Source: a virus (taxonomy: Duplodnaviria > Caudoviricetes). From it: a stretch of DNA of 64,000 nucleotides. Of the stretch, positions 9,758-19,555 are shown piece by piece. The translations under genes and the position numbers were made by a program. Positions within the stretch are counted from its first letter, which is position 1. Every line of letters begins with the position of its first letter. The notes below the pieces were generated by a model that ran no database searches, was not told the DNA's origin, and saw nothing but the letters and a program-made list of their open reading frames with translations. Location: IMG/VR virus record IMGVR_UViG_2600255075_000001, positions 55,584 through 119,583 of that record; one strand, given 5' to 3'.

Positions 9758-9823
9758 TCGATCTCTCCTTTTTGATTTTTCGCTATATTTTCATTTTTTA
9801 TTCACAATAGTATTATACCCCCT

Positions 9824-9852
9824 ATTATAAAGAACAAAACTATAAAATACAA
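9824..9852 (-). promoter_or_regulatory. sigma-A-type promoter upstream of mazF
   Basis: TTGTAT-N17-TATAAT on minus strand. Confidence 0.6.
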
Positions 9853-9973
9853 TAGTTATTTGTCAAATGGAAAATCGCTCAAAAAACAAAGTATTTTATC
9901 CTTTACATAAATGGATAGGCATGGTAATGGAATAAATTCCCTCCAAACTGGATAGATTTAATATTATACGGAG

Positions 9974-10459
9974 GTGGCACATTTGAGGAAAGATAATTGG
10001 ACAAGCCAGGAAGATAAGATTCTGGCAGATACTATTCTCGCACATATTGCAAGCGGAAGCACTCAACTACAAGCTTTTGAAGAGGTGTCAGCAAAAGTCG
10101 ATAGATCTTCAGCAGCGTGTGGATTTAGATGGAATAGCGAATTAAGAAAGATCTATACTGAAGAGATTAAGAAGGCTAAAACTGCGCGCGCCGAATCCAA
10201 AATGAAAAGATCAAATAATGATTACTCAGAACAGGTTGAGCAAGACTACGAAGATACCTTTGGCGGTTTACTCGAAAAGTTGAAATCAAAAATAAGCTTA
10301 CTTGAAAAAGAGTTAGATCGAGTAAAGAATGAAAACACCAGATTGAAAATTACTTTACAGGATAGCAGGCCGGATGTGGTTTTGAGCGAGGATTTTAAAA
10401 ACATGATAAAAATAATTGAACGCGCCAGATCACTAGGCGTCTTAGAGAAGACAAGTTAA
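9974..10459 (+). CDS. rsfA: RsfA-family transcriptional regulator
   Basis: RKDNW...ED.ILA..IL.HI..GSTQL.AFEEV....RS.AACGFRWNS motif. Confidence 0.88.
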   Translation: MAHLRKDNWTSQEDKILADTILAHIASGSTQLQAFEEVSAKVDRSSAACGFRWNSELRKIYTEEIKKAKTARAESKMKRSNNDYSEQVEQDYEDTFGGLLEKLKSKISLLEKELDRVKNENTRLKITLQDSRPDVVLSEDFKNMIKIIERARSLGVLEKTS

Positions 10460-10486
10460 CCCCCACCATAAGGTAGGGGTTTTTTA
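10458..10486. terminator. hairpin terminator between convergent rsfA and ligase genes
   Basis: AACCCC...GGGGTT stem followed by T-run. Confidence 0.6.
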
Positions 10487-10487
10487 T

Positions 10488-11321
10488 TTATAAAACATAT
10501 TCAACAAACACTGGCGATCTCAATAGTCCTTTTTTAGTCCAATTTCTTGTTTTAATCCGAGCCTTTATTAGCGGCTCAAGATAGACAGTACTTTTGTCTT
10601 CTTTGTAAGTGATCGATCTTTTTATGACATTGAATGCTTTTTTTGCTTCTGGATTCACACCCAATTCAATAACACCGGCAGCTCTCATTTTGCCTGTCTC
10701 ATCTATAACTGATGTGAGCCATCCAAATTCGTTCTTTTTATAACCTGTAATAAACACTTCGGCATATGTCCAATTTATTACCTTCTGCCAATTCCAAGAT
10801 CTCTTGCCTATTTCGTATCTTGACTCTGCCATCTTTTGAACTAAGCCCTCTAATGCATTTGCCTCTACAAGCTCATAAAGGGCACTAGCTGAGCCGAGAG
10901 ACCATTTAACCTGTTTATATGACTCCGTCTCACTAAAAGATTCCGAAAGCAATTCTTTTCGTTTTAACAGTGGCAATCCTGATGTATCAATTCCTTTATA
11001 TCTTATAATATCAAATGCAAAGAATGTGACTAAGGTTTTATCGGTTTTGGACTTGAATCTTTTAGATAATGCTTCGAAATCAGGTTTTCCTTGGGCGTCA
11101 ATTATGACTACCTCTCCATCAATAATTGTTCCTTCTGGTAATGGACAATCTAGCAACTCTGAAAATATAGACGTTACCTCGTTATTGTGCCGAGTGTATA
11201 ATTTCACACCATTTATAGTACTGATTATCAGTCTAAATCCATCAAACTTCAATTCATTTATATAAGCAGCTTCATCACTTGGATTATTTGCCGTTTGTAA
11301 AAGCATAGGAGAAACAAACAT
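10488..11321 (-). CDS. ATP-dependent DNA ligase (LigD ligase domain / SPbeta LigB-like)
   Basis: ELKFDGFR (KxDG), IDGEVV, AFDII, EGLV motifs. Confidence 0.88.
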   Translation of the reverse strand: MFVSPMLLQTANNPSDEAAYINELKFDGFRLIISTINGVKLYTRHNNEVTSIFSELLDCPLPEGTIIDGEVVIIDAQGKPDFEALSKRFKSKTDKTLVTFFAFDIIRYKGIDTSGLPLLKRKELLSESFSETESYKQVKWSLGSASALYELVEANALEGLVQKMAESRYEIGKRSWNWQKVINWTYAEVFITGYKKNEFGWLTSVIDETGKMRAAGVIELGVNPEAKKAFNVIKRSITYKEDKSTVYLEPLIKARIKTRNWTKKGLLRSPVFVEYVL

Positions 11322-11649
11322 TTTTCATCACCCAATTACATTGTAACTCTTTTTCAAAAGATATTTATCTAGTAAGTATTGGGTTAATGAAGATCTCCAA
11401 CAATAGTTACGTACCATGCTATAGCACCAGATATTAAAAATCCTAACATTAAAGTTAACCAGAATATTCTAAGGATTTTCTTGACTACATTGAATATACG
11501 AATCATCTCACTAACTCCATTTCAATTTTTACACTTATTGGAATTATATCACCTCTGACCCCATAATGTAAATTTTATCTGAAAATATCTTATAGGATAT
11601 GTTTGGGATATGAACAATTGTCTACACTTACCATTAGGAGTGTGGACAG

Positions 11650-12021
11650 ATGAATCGATTTAAAAATGAAGAATCCTATCTACTTTTGCTCGGTGCAAGG
11701 ATCAAGCAAATTAGAAATGATAAAGGTATAACTCAAGAGGAATTGGCTGAAAGAATGAATACTTCGAGTCCTTATATTGGCAATGTTGAACGTGGTCAAA
11801 AAAACATTACATTATCGTCGTTATTCAGGTTTGCTGACGCTCTAAATGTCCGCGTAATGGATTTATTTGCTTTCGAAGCATTCTCTGATACCGGCATTGT
11901 GAAACCCTCAGAATTAGCAATTACAGAAGATAAGATGTTGCCACTTATTGAATTACTTTCGCAGTGTAATACAGCGGATAGAGATAAAATATACCGCATG
12001 CTTATTGAATTTCTAAAGTAA
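11650..12021 (+). CDS. XRE-family HTH regulator
   Basis: ITQEELAERMNTSSPYIGNVERGQKN. Confidence 0.88.
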   Translation: MNRFKNEESYLLLLGARIKQIRNDKGITQEELAERMNTSSPYIGNVERGQKNITLSSLFRFADALNVRVMDLFAFEAFSDTGIVKPSELAITEDKMLPLIELLSQCNTADRDKIYRMLIEFLK

Positions 12022-12069
12022 AAGCCATATGAAATACAAATTTTATCGTGGAATAAAAAGTGGCCGCTG

Positions 12070-12222
12070 TTATACGGCCACACGGTTTCCTTTAGTTACA
12101 TAAAAAATATTGTCATCCTTACACATTTGAGTAAACAAGTTGAATTTTTCAAAATCGTCAAATGTGTAATTGTTTATGGCTAACTCATTTCTCCACTTTT
12201 CAATTGTTGTAACTGTATACAT
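12070..12222 (-). CDS. small hypothetical protein
   Basis: ATG 12222 with GGAGGA RBS within ORF 12070..12312. Confidence 0.5.
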   Translation of the reverse strand: MYTVTTIEKWRNELAINNYTFDDFEKFNLFTQMCKDDNIFYVTKGNRVAV

Positions 12223-12262
12223 GAACATTCTCCTCCGTATTAAGCTCATAAGTTGTATTGTT

Positions 12263-13277
12263 CTATTCCGAGCTCTCAGATACAAAGTGGTTGTAAAGAG
12301 CCTGGAGTCCATTTACACGCCCCCAAACCTGATCCTTCTTTGTAGTCCCCCCAACGCAGTAGCGACGATAAGAATCCCCCTTTTTGTTATTCTGTGAGTA
12401 CCATTGTAAAAACGCCGATACTTTTTCTTGATCGCTGTTATTCAAGAATAAGGCGACCATCGAAGGAATATTTACCTTCGTTACGAACTTGGATTTGTCC
12501 TGGAATGTTTTCTCAATGTTGTTATATGCAGAATCGAGTAATTGTAGTGTCTCATCTTCAATTTCGTTTTGTTTAAAGATAGCTTCAACATCCTTTGTTG
12601 AAAAAGAGGGGAAATCTAATTTACCCGCGATAATTATGGATTGAAGTATGCACATTTGACGATCCGATTTCTTAATACTTCCCTCCGGGAAATGTGCAAC
12701 GTTTAGAAACAGGCCGCTTTTATTAATTCTTTCATGTCCATAGTTTTGAACTTTTTTCGAAGCAGATACAAAAGCAAGATGCTCTTTTGAAACAGGTTTT
12801 CCGTTATTCAGTCTATAAAAGACAGTGTCTATGATACTTTCTTCATCATCGTTCTCATCGAATTCCAAAACCCTGAAGGTTATCATAAAACTGTTTATTG
12901 AATCTTGCACCTCTTCAGGAAGCTCTGAAAATCTTAATCCGGATATGTCGTAGGTTTCACCATTAGACTCAAGCGTCACCGGTTCCAGCTTCGTCAAAGC
13001 AAATTCATCTTTTCTGTAAGAATAAAAGATGGTAAGCCTTTGTTGACCATCGATGACATCATAGACGTTTACCTGTTTTTCATTAATAATTTTAGGAGTC
13101 TGAACAGCATACACATCAGGAACGAACAAAGTTAGAGACGAATGAATAAGCAACGAATTGTCTTCAATCTTCCATTGCCCTGATGGACGTTGAATAGGGT
13201 GATCAAAAGTAATAGTCCCCCCGCTCGATCATGCTGCAAATTTGTTTAACGTTCCAGGATAAAGGTTTTCTAATCAT
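12263..13277 (-). pseudogene. DUF262 (ParB/GmrS-like) protein, frameshifted in a G6 run at 13217-13222
   Basis: RBS + ATG 13277; QR, IDGQQRL and FYRLNNG motifs; removing one G restores a single ORF. Confidence 0.8.
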
Positions 13278-13401
13278 ATATTAGTGCCTCCTGAAGAATT
13301 CGATATGGTAATATTGTACAACGAGTCATTTGTTGCTGTTACCAATTTTGCTAGCTAGATGATAAAATCAATGTTTTATTACCTATATGTACTTAAAATG
13401 C

Positions 13402-13680
13402 TTATGCGAATGATACAACCATTTCATGATACAACTTGATATAGTGTTCATCGATTATTTCATATGCGCGCGGAGAAAAATATACACTGTTCATCTTATC
13501 AGCGGCCGCGGTTCTTTCATTGATAAATTCAATTAAATCGTCTGCATCATCGAATATTTTCGTTTGAGATTTTCTAGTATCGATCTTAGTAGCATCTCTC
13601 AAGCTAATGACAACACTCCTGCTCTCATCAATAACATCAAGATTGCCGTATTTGTTTATAGCAGTGTGATAACTACTCAT
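13402..13680 (-). CDS. hypothetical protein
   Basis: 92 aa, AAGGAG RBS. Confidence 0.65.
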   Translation of the reverse strand: MSSYHTAINKYGNLDVIDESRSVVISLRDATKIDTRKSQTKIFDDADDLIEFINERTAAADKMNSVYFSPRAYEIIDEHYIKLYHEMVVSFA

Positions 13681-13721
13681 AATAAAAACTCCTTAATAAA
13701 TTTAATTAGTATACTTTTATT

Positions 13722-13904
13722 TTATAATTCATCATTCATTAATTTTATTGAAATGATCCCTTTAGATAGAAAACTGTCGGATAAAGCGAACTCGCCATCT
13801 TTGTCAAAAAAGAAGTTGTATTCTCCTTCCTTCCGACTAAAAGTTGCAAGTTTAATGACGACACCATAATCTAACGAGTATATGTTTCCTGGTGTAAAAT
13901 CCAT
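13722..13904 (-). CDS. hypothetical protein
   Basis: 60 aa, AGGGGTG RBS. Confidence 0.6.
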   Translation of the reverse strand: MDFTPGNIYSLDYGVVIKLATFSRKEGEYNFFFDKDGEFALSDSFLSKGIISIKLMNDEL

Positions 13905-14066
13905 ATTCGCTTCACCCCTTCTATGTATTTCCTACTCCTTTATTATAACACAAACTAGATTAATAGTATAGTTTTATTTTATTAATCAAACGATGAAAAC
14001 AGTTTTTCATCGTTCTATAACTTCATACCTCTCTATATTTCCCCTTGAACATCAAACCATTTACCA

Positions 14067-14942
14067 TCACCATATTCTACTCACTTCGTCATTCGTTTGA
14101 GATAAAACAATTTCATTTCTTTTTGTAATATTTTTATCTTTCATAAGTCTTCCTATTTCAAATAATGCCGCGAACTCAACTGATAATGCCTTTGCGATTA
14201 TCGTGTTACCGTTGGTTCTGTAAAAATTTATTCCATCAGTATATACATGCTCATATATAGGACTAATATCATAAACATATGCAGGTTTAAGATCTCCAAC
14301 ACCATTTAATATTCCTGCTGAAATAGAGTGATTACCTCCATTTACAAAGCCTATCCTCATTGGCAACCAAAATTCAATGTTATGATTGTTGCTTTTCTCC
14401 TCCCATTCACCCCAAAACCGACCTTTGCCAATGTTAACCATCGAGTTTAATTGTCTCCCTTTATTCCAAGGCCAAGGTAGTACAAGATCCTCTTTCAAAA
14501 CTACTCGTTCATTTTCTGCAGGTAAATCCATGAAGAAATCATACATCTTTTTGCCGTTACTTTTGTCGATCACCTCGGATATACTAAACAAGACATGCCA
14601 TGCATCAATATTCGGTAACCTCTCAAATTCCTTGCCTTGATATAAAAGGTTTGTAATGTACTTAGTTTGCAGCCGTAATCCTATAAGTTTAATAGTATCA
14701 AATATTGGATGACGTTCTGGCATTTCGATCTGATCGCATTTTATTTGCCTTTGCTCGTGATTTTCAATCACGATCTTTGCATAGCTCATTAAATTATCGA
14801 ACAATATCTTCTTTTGACCAAAGGATGCTTTGACATCTGAGTTATAAACACTAGTTTTTTCGTCCGCTTCTTCCTTTGATAATTTACTCATTATATGCTT
14901 GAAAAAATCTATTAGTTTCTCCCCCTTATATAGAATAAACAT
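14067..14942 (-). CDS. DUF6710-like protein (ParB/Srx-like GNH motif)
   Basis: LPWPW and VNGGNHSI motifs; family assigned from memory. Confidence 0.6.
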   Translation of the reverse strand: MFILYKGEKLIDFFKHIMSKLSKEEADEKTSVYNSDVKASFGQKKILFDNLMSYAKIVIENHEQRQIKCDQIEMPERHPIFDTIKLIGLRLQTKYITNLLYQGKEFERLPNIDAWHVLFSISEVIDKSNGKKMYDFFMDLPAENERVVLKEDLVLPWPWNKGRQLNSMVNIGKGRFWGEWEEKSNNHNIEFWLPMRIGFVNGGNHSISAGILNGVGDLKPAYVYDISPIYEHVYTDGINFYRTNGNTIIAKALSVEFAALFEIGRLMKDKNITKRNEIVLSQTNDEVSRIW

Positions 14943-15127
14943 ACAGGAAGTTTATACCACATTTTGAATTATGACTTCTTACTATGAGCAAGCAAACTTG
15001 TTTATTGGTATGACGCTCAGCCAAATGAATTTGTGAGATTTAATATATCTCGTTCTATACAAATTTGTGTTCACCATATTTATTTATGTAATGAAATAGC
15101 CATTTCATAAAATTTCCTCATTGTTAA

Positions 15128-15925
15128 TTACCATCTAAACATATCATTGCTATCACTATTTGTACTGTTGGCATTCGAAAACCCGTCCAAATCAGGAAAT
15201 AAGGTTTCATTTCTAATGTCAAAACAATCAATTAAAATTTTTCGGCACTCCAATTTTAATTTAGCTGTGATTGCAATACTTAAATTGGCGTTATTTTCCT
15301 TAGGTAATTTTAAACTGCCACTTTTTATTCCGCTTACATCGCTGTATAAAAATACTCCATGTTGAGCTGCAATTCTCTTCGATACGACGGGAGTTTCAAT
15401 GAACATAGGATGATCGTATTTACTTAGATCCTTTGTTAAATCACTATAATCACGATCATCAAGAACACCTTCAATACCACCCCCTACAAAATTTGTATGT
15501 ACACCTAACAATAGTCCTGTTTTGTCTTGATTCGCTTGAACACAAAACCATAAACCAACTAGTGAGTTTTTAGAAAAATCAACAAGCCTTGTCGCTGCTC
15601 CGTGATGTTGCAATTTGGCAAGAAGTTCTGAATCACTAATCTCATTCCCATACAGCTTTCCGTAGCCTTTGTGTCTCGCTTGTTTTATCAGAGATTCTTC
15701 ATAGTTAATGATATCGTTCTCTAAAATATTGGGCTTCGAATTAATCAGTTTTCGATAGGCGCCACTATGTATAGGCCAATCAATATTACTTTGACCCCGC
15801 CATAACCTAACATTATTGTATCTTCCAGAATTATTAATAATGACCAACTCAGTTAATTCTAAAAAAGATTCTGGTGCAAATACTTCGCCAAATAATTCAG
15901 TTTGTAAGAACTTCATAATATCCAC
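15128..15925 (-). CDS. FRG-domain protein
   Basis: WRGQS, LQHHGAATRLVDFS, RIAAQHGVF, LFPDLDG motifs. Confidence 0.9.
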   Translation of the reverse strand: MDIMKFLQTELFGEVFAPESFLELTELVIINNSGRYNNVRLWRGQSNIDWPIHSGAYRKLINSKPNILENDIINYEESLIKQARHKGYGKLYGNEISDSELLAKLQHHGAATRLVDFSKNSLVGLWFCVQANQDKTGLLLGVHTNFVGGGIEGVLDDRDYSDLTKDLSKYDHPMFIETPVVSKRIAAQHGVFLYSDVSGIKSGSLKLPKENNANLSIAITAKLKLECRKILIDCFDIRNETLFPDLDGFSNANSTNSDSNDMFRW

Positions 15926-15970
15926 CTCGTGACTCGTTCAGTTAATGTAAATTAATTTAGAATAAAACAG

Positions 15971-16288
15971 TCATTTCATTTCAAATTCATAAATATCGAA
16001 TTCGTCCCAGATTTGCCACTTTACATTTGATAGTTTTTCAAGGTCAATATTTCTCATTCCATGACTTAAATATGCTTTATCACGTGTTCCATTTATTACA
16101 TCTAGTATTCTATTATTGATTCCCTCAACGGACTGATCAACCAGAATATAAGATGCCCCACCATCTAAAGTATCTTCAAATTGAAACTTGGAGCCTCGCG
16201 ATTCCTGAATTAATCCCTTTAATTTGCGTTTATAAAACTTTGGCTTATAATCAATTTCAAGCATTTCTCTTTTCCTCTCTTTCCTCAT
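15971..16288 (-). CDS. hypothetical protein
   Basis: ORF spanning repeat 15962 to degenerate repeat 16287. Confidence 0.6.
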   Translation of the reverse strand: MRKERKREMLEIDYKPKFYKRKLKGLIQESRGSKFQFEDTLDGGASYILVDQSVEGINNRILDVINGTRDKAYLSHGMRNIDLEKLSNVKWQIWDEFDIYEFEMK

Positions 16289-16425
16289 AAAATAACCCTT
16301 ATATCGCCCATTTGCATTATATATTCTTATTATACTGATTTAACCAAAACAATCATAGGTAGGGTAACATTTGTTCCATTAAACTTTGATTATGTATTCC
16401 TTGATCCTTTTGATCGACGCCGCTG

Positions 16426-19047
16426 TTATATAGCTTCTGCCGCGTCATCCTCCATCTTATCAATAATAACTAGGACAGTATTAACTGAGGTTCCCGATTC
16501 TTTAAAAGATCCTTCGGGTAACATATCGTAGTATCCACGCTCATTTAACCATTCGCGGAATTCTACACTTTTAAAATCGTTCGCAAAGGTGAAATGAGGA
16601 GACATGATAGCAACAATACGTCCACCATTCTTTAGGCACTTATAGGCATGCTGCACATGGGCTATGTCTTTGTTGCGTTCGAATGGAGGATTCATAATGA
16701 TTTTGTCGAAATGGTTATATCTAACATGTTCAAGGAAATCATATCCAACAATATTGTATTGTTTAAGTTCTAAAATCTCACGAAGTGAACTGTTCCACTC
16801 TATCCCCTCTAGATCCGCAGCTATGCCGTTTTGCTGACAATGTGCTGTTATACTGTCTAGAATGTTCCCATTACCCGCAGACGGTTCGAGGACTGTCTCT
16901 CCGTCTTTAATATCTGCATAGCTCAGCATGTGTTCAACAATGGTTTTAGGTGTAGGATAGTAGCCGTCTATTTTCTTGAATTTAACCTCAGCTTCAAGTT
17001 TCTTGATTTTCTTTATTATTGGGTTTACCGGCTTCTCAATTTCCGCGATGATTGTTTCATATTCATCTAATGCACTGTTGTATTGATATGTATTGCATAT
17101 ATTCGCTCTATTAAGCATCTTTTGTTTTTTGGGAACTTGAAGATTCCACATGCCATCAAGAGGTAAACTATAATCAATTTCAGGATATTTAGTCTCCCGT
17201 TTAAACTTTGTTCTTGAGATAAATCGATTATGAATGTCATCTCTAAACGTACCAACTAAAAGAGCTTGTTCTAATTGTGTCATGCTGTTATGGATTGCTT
17301 TATCTTTTAGATATTGAAGCAAAGCAATTTCAAGTCGTAGCCTTTCCCGCTTATTTTCTCTATTTTCCTCCTCATTTTGACGCTTCCATGTGTTAGTAAG
17401 ATAGTTTCTGCTTATTGCATTAAGTTTCTTTTGTGCCGATTCAATTTGCTTCTCAATCTTGCCAATATTTTGTTCCTGATTGGATGAAATTGGGTTTTTA
17501 TCGGTTTTCTCTCCATTTTGCTGTTTCATCTTTGAGCTGCTGATATTCATTACTTTTAGCGATTCCAGAGCCTCCACAATGAGGGAAGAGCCTTGCCCAT
17601 AGGAACGGAATAGTCCAATCAAGATCTCGGATACGAAGAAGCCTCTTTCTTTTACATAGTCCGATATCTTTGCTTTATATTCTGTTTTCTCTTCCTCAGT
17701 TTCTGGACGCTTAATATTGCCATACTGATCCGACATAATAGATGTGGAATAGTCCATAATCCAATCTGCAGCATCTTCTATGGTAATGCTGGTATCATGA
17801 GCGCCGGCTGTTATAGGTGATTCTTGAGCCTCTGCAAAGCCTAATAGCGCTTTTAACTCTGCTGTGATATCGTGACCATTCTTCGATTTGGTAATAAGTT
17901 GTGATGCTTTGTCTTTAGTAATGACAAGGTTTGTCGTATTGAGTTTTGTAGCACAATGGAGAGCCCACAATTGACGCTTAGTTGCCTGTTTTTCATCAGT
18001 TACAGTTTCATTTTTCGTGTAAGTTTGCTTCTTCTCTGTTGACGCCTCTTCGGTGTCTCCGGACAATGCTGGTGCGTCCATATTTGCTTTAGGTTGTTTA
18101 CGCGACGTCTTCTTAAATACAATTTTCTCTTCATATTCTGTTGCTTCTTGCAATTCAACGATAGAAATGTGTCCTTTCTGAAGGAGATCGTTTATTTTGT
18201 CCGTAGACACAAACATTGTTTTTCCTTTAGCCTTAGAAGGCTTGCCATTCTTGCCAAGTTTGGAAAAAGATCCGCTTTTCTTGTCATCATAAACATACAC
18301 ACATTGCCACTTAGTACCCTTCCAATTGCCGTTAGTGTAGTCGCACTTCATAATGAACGTAGTTCCAGTTTTAAAATCTTCTGCTGTTATAAAGGTTTTT
18401 TCAACTTCTACAAATTTAACGATCGTTCTAGGAACAAGTATAATTTCTGATTCAAGTGTATCGGAATTGCGCAGAACCTTTTCGAAACGGTTCACAATAG
18501 CAATTACTCTTTCTTGTTTCTGTTGTTCAGCCGTTTTTGTTTTATCTTTATAATCATAATCATTGCAAGCGAATACGCCGGTTCCCTTGCCTATAATTTG
18601 ACCGTCCTTTTCAATATGCCAAGAACAATTACCTGGATTTTCATAAGTGAATGAAGGGTAAGTTTCAACAACTGTAAATTGCGGTTCCGTATCCCTGCAT
18701 CTCAGACGTTCGATACCTGCTAGAGCCGCCGCGCGCTCCCCTTCGGTAGCACCAGAGTTAGCGGCCGCAAGTTTGTGTAATTTTTCTAATTTACGATTAA
18801 TATCCTGATTGGTTTTAACACTGCTATAAAGTACTTGCTTCTTTTCATATCCCGAATAGTATGTATTAGAATGATCGATAACGAGAACATAACCATTTTT
18901 TTCAGCGAGACCATCCCAAGAAGCTGGGTCAAAATAATCAGTCATTGAGTCGCTGCAATCTTCTTTATACCCATAAGTCTTCCAGCCACGTTTAACGAGT
19001 TCCCGCATAATTAATACTTTAGCTTCTCTCTTATCTCCATACCACAT
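16426..19047 (-). CDS. 873-aa multidomain protein with C-terminal N6-adenine DNA methyltransferase
   Basis: YYPTP, VLEPSAGNG (motif I), IIMNPPF (motif IV), F..SGTSV; DUF2786-like helix ATEGERAAA in N-terminal part. Confidence 0.85.
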   Translation of the reverse strand: MWYGDKREAKVLIMRELVKRGWKTYGYKEDCSDSMTDYFDPASWDGLAEKNGYVLVIDHSNTYYSGYEKKQVLYSSVKTNQDINRKLEKLHKLAAANSGATEGERAAALAGIERLRCRDTEPQFTVVETYPSFTYENPGNCSWHIEKDGQIIGKGTGVFACNDYDYKDKTKTAEQQKQERVIAIVNRFEKVLRNSDTLESEIILVPRTIVKFVEVEKTFITAEDFKTGTTFIMKCDYTNGNWKGTKWQCVYVYDDKKSGSFSKLGKNGKPSKAKGKTMFVSTDKINDLLQKGHISIVELQEATEYEEKIVFKKTSRKQPKANMDAPALSGDTEEASTEKKQTYTKNETVTDEKQATKRQLWALHCATKLNTTNLVITKDKASQLITKSKNGHDITAELKALLGFAEAQESPITAGAHDTSITIEDAADWIMDYSTSIMSDQYGNIKRPETEEEKTEYKAKISDYVKERGFFVSEILIGLFRSYGQGSSLIVEALESLKVMNISSSKMKQQNGEKTDKNPISSNQEQNIGKIEKQIESAQKKLNAISRNYLTNTWKRQNEEENRENKRERLRLEIALLQYLKDKAIHNSMTQLEQALLVGTFRDDIHNRFISRTKFKRETKYPEIDYSLPLDGMWNLQVPKKQKMLNRANICNTYQYNSALDEYETIIAEIEKPVNPIIKKIKKLEAEVKFKKIDGYYPTPKTIVEHMLSYADIKDGETVLEPSAGNGNILDSITAHCQQNGIAADLEGIEWNSSLREILELKQYNIVGYDFLEHVRYNHFDKIIMNPPFERNKDIAHVQHAYKCLKNGGRIVAIMSPHFTFANDFKSVEFREWLNERGYYDMLPEGSFKESGTSVNTVLVIIDKMEDDAAEAI

Positions 19048-19139
19048 AATATTACATCTCCTTGCTATGTATTATTTTATTTTTAAATTCAAGATTTAGT
19101 TGCTGTTATATGATCAATGCAAGGGATAATAGTAACATT

Positions 19140-19274
19140 TTATTTGGTATTAAAAGAATCGGCTGCAACGTATGAAGCTAAAGTCATTTTTAATAATTCC
19201 TTTGTTTTTTTGTCTGTCTCTTCTTTTATTAATTGTTCAAACTGTTTAATAATTTCATCTTCTTTTGTTTTCAT
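19140..19274 (-). CDS. small hypothetical protein (44 aa)
   Basis: AAGGAG RBS, MKTKEDEIIKQFEQ... Confidence 0.45.
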   Translation of the reverse strand: MKTKEDEIIKQFEQLIKEETDKKTKELLKMTLASYVAADSFNTK

Positions 19275-19285
19275 CTAATCGCTCC

Positions 19286-19492
19286 TTATCGTATAACTGT
19301 ATAACCGTTTTCTTCTGCCCATTCTTTAGCATTTTTTCTACTATTCAATACATTTATTACCCATCCACCAGCCTCGCACAAAGAGCCAGTTAGAGGATAA
19401 AATCTTAAAGCTTTTATTTCCCATTTTCTATTCTTATTATTTAATGCAACTCGCCCATCGAACCTAATAGGTATATTTAATTCTTGATTCAT
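19286..19492 (-). CDS. hypothetical protein
   Basis: 68 aa, AGGAGG RBS. Confidence 0.6.
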   Translation of the reverse strand: MNQELNIPIRFDGRVALNNKNRKWEIKALRFYPLTGSLCEAGGWVINVLNSRKNAKEWAEENGYTVIR

Positions 19493-19555
19493 CGTTTTAT
19501 CCTCCTATGAAATTAAAATTTCATTGCCTGATTAAATACAAGCACAGTATTCTAA

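Noticed and set aside
10488-11321. Complete NHEJ system
   Set aside because: Ligase domain only; no Ku, polymerase or phosphoesterase domain nearby
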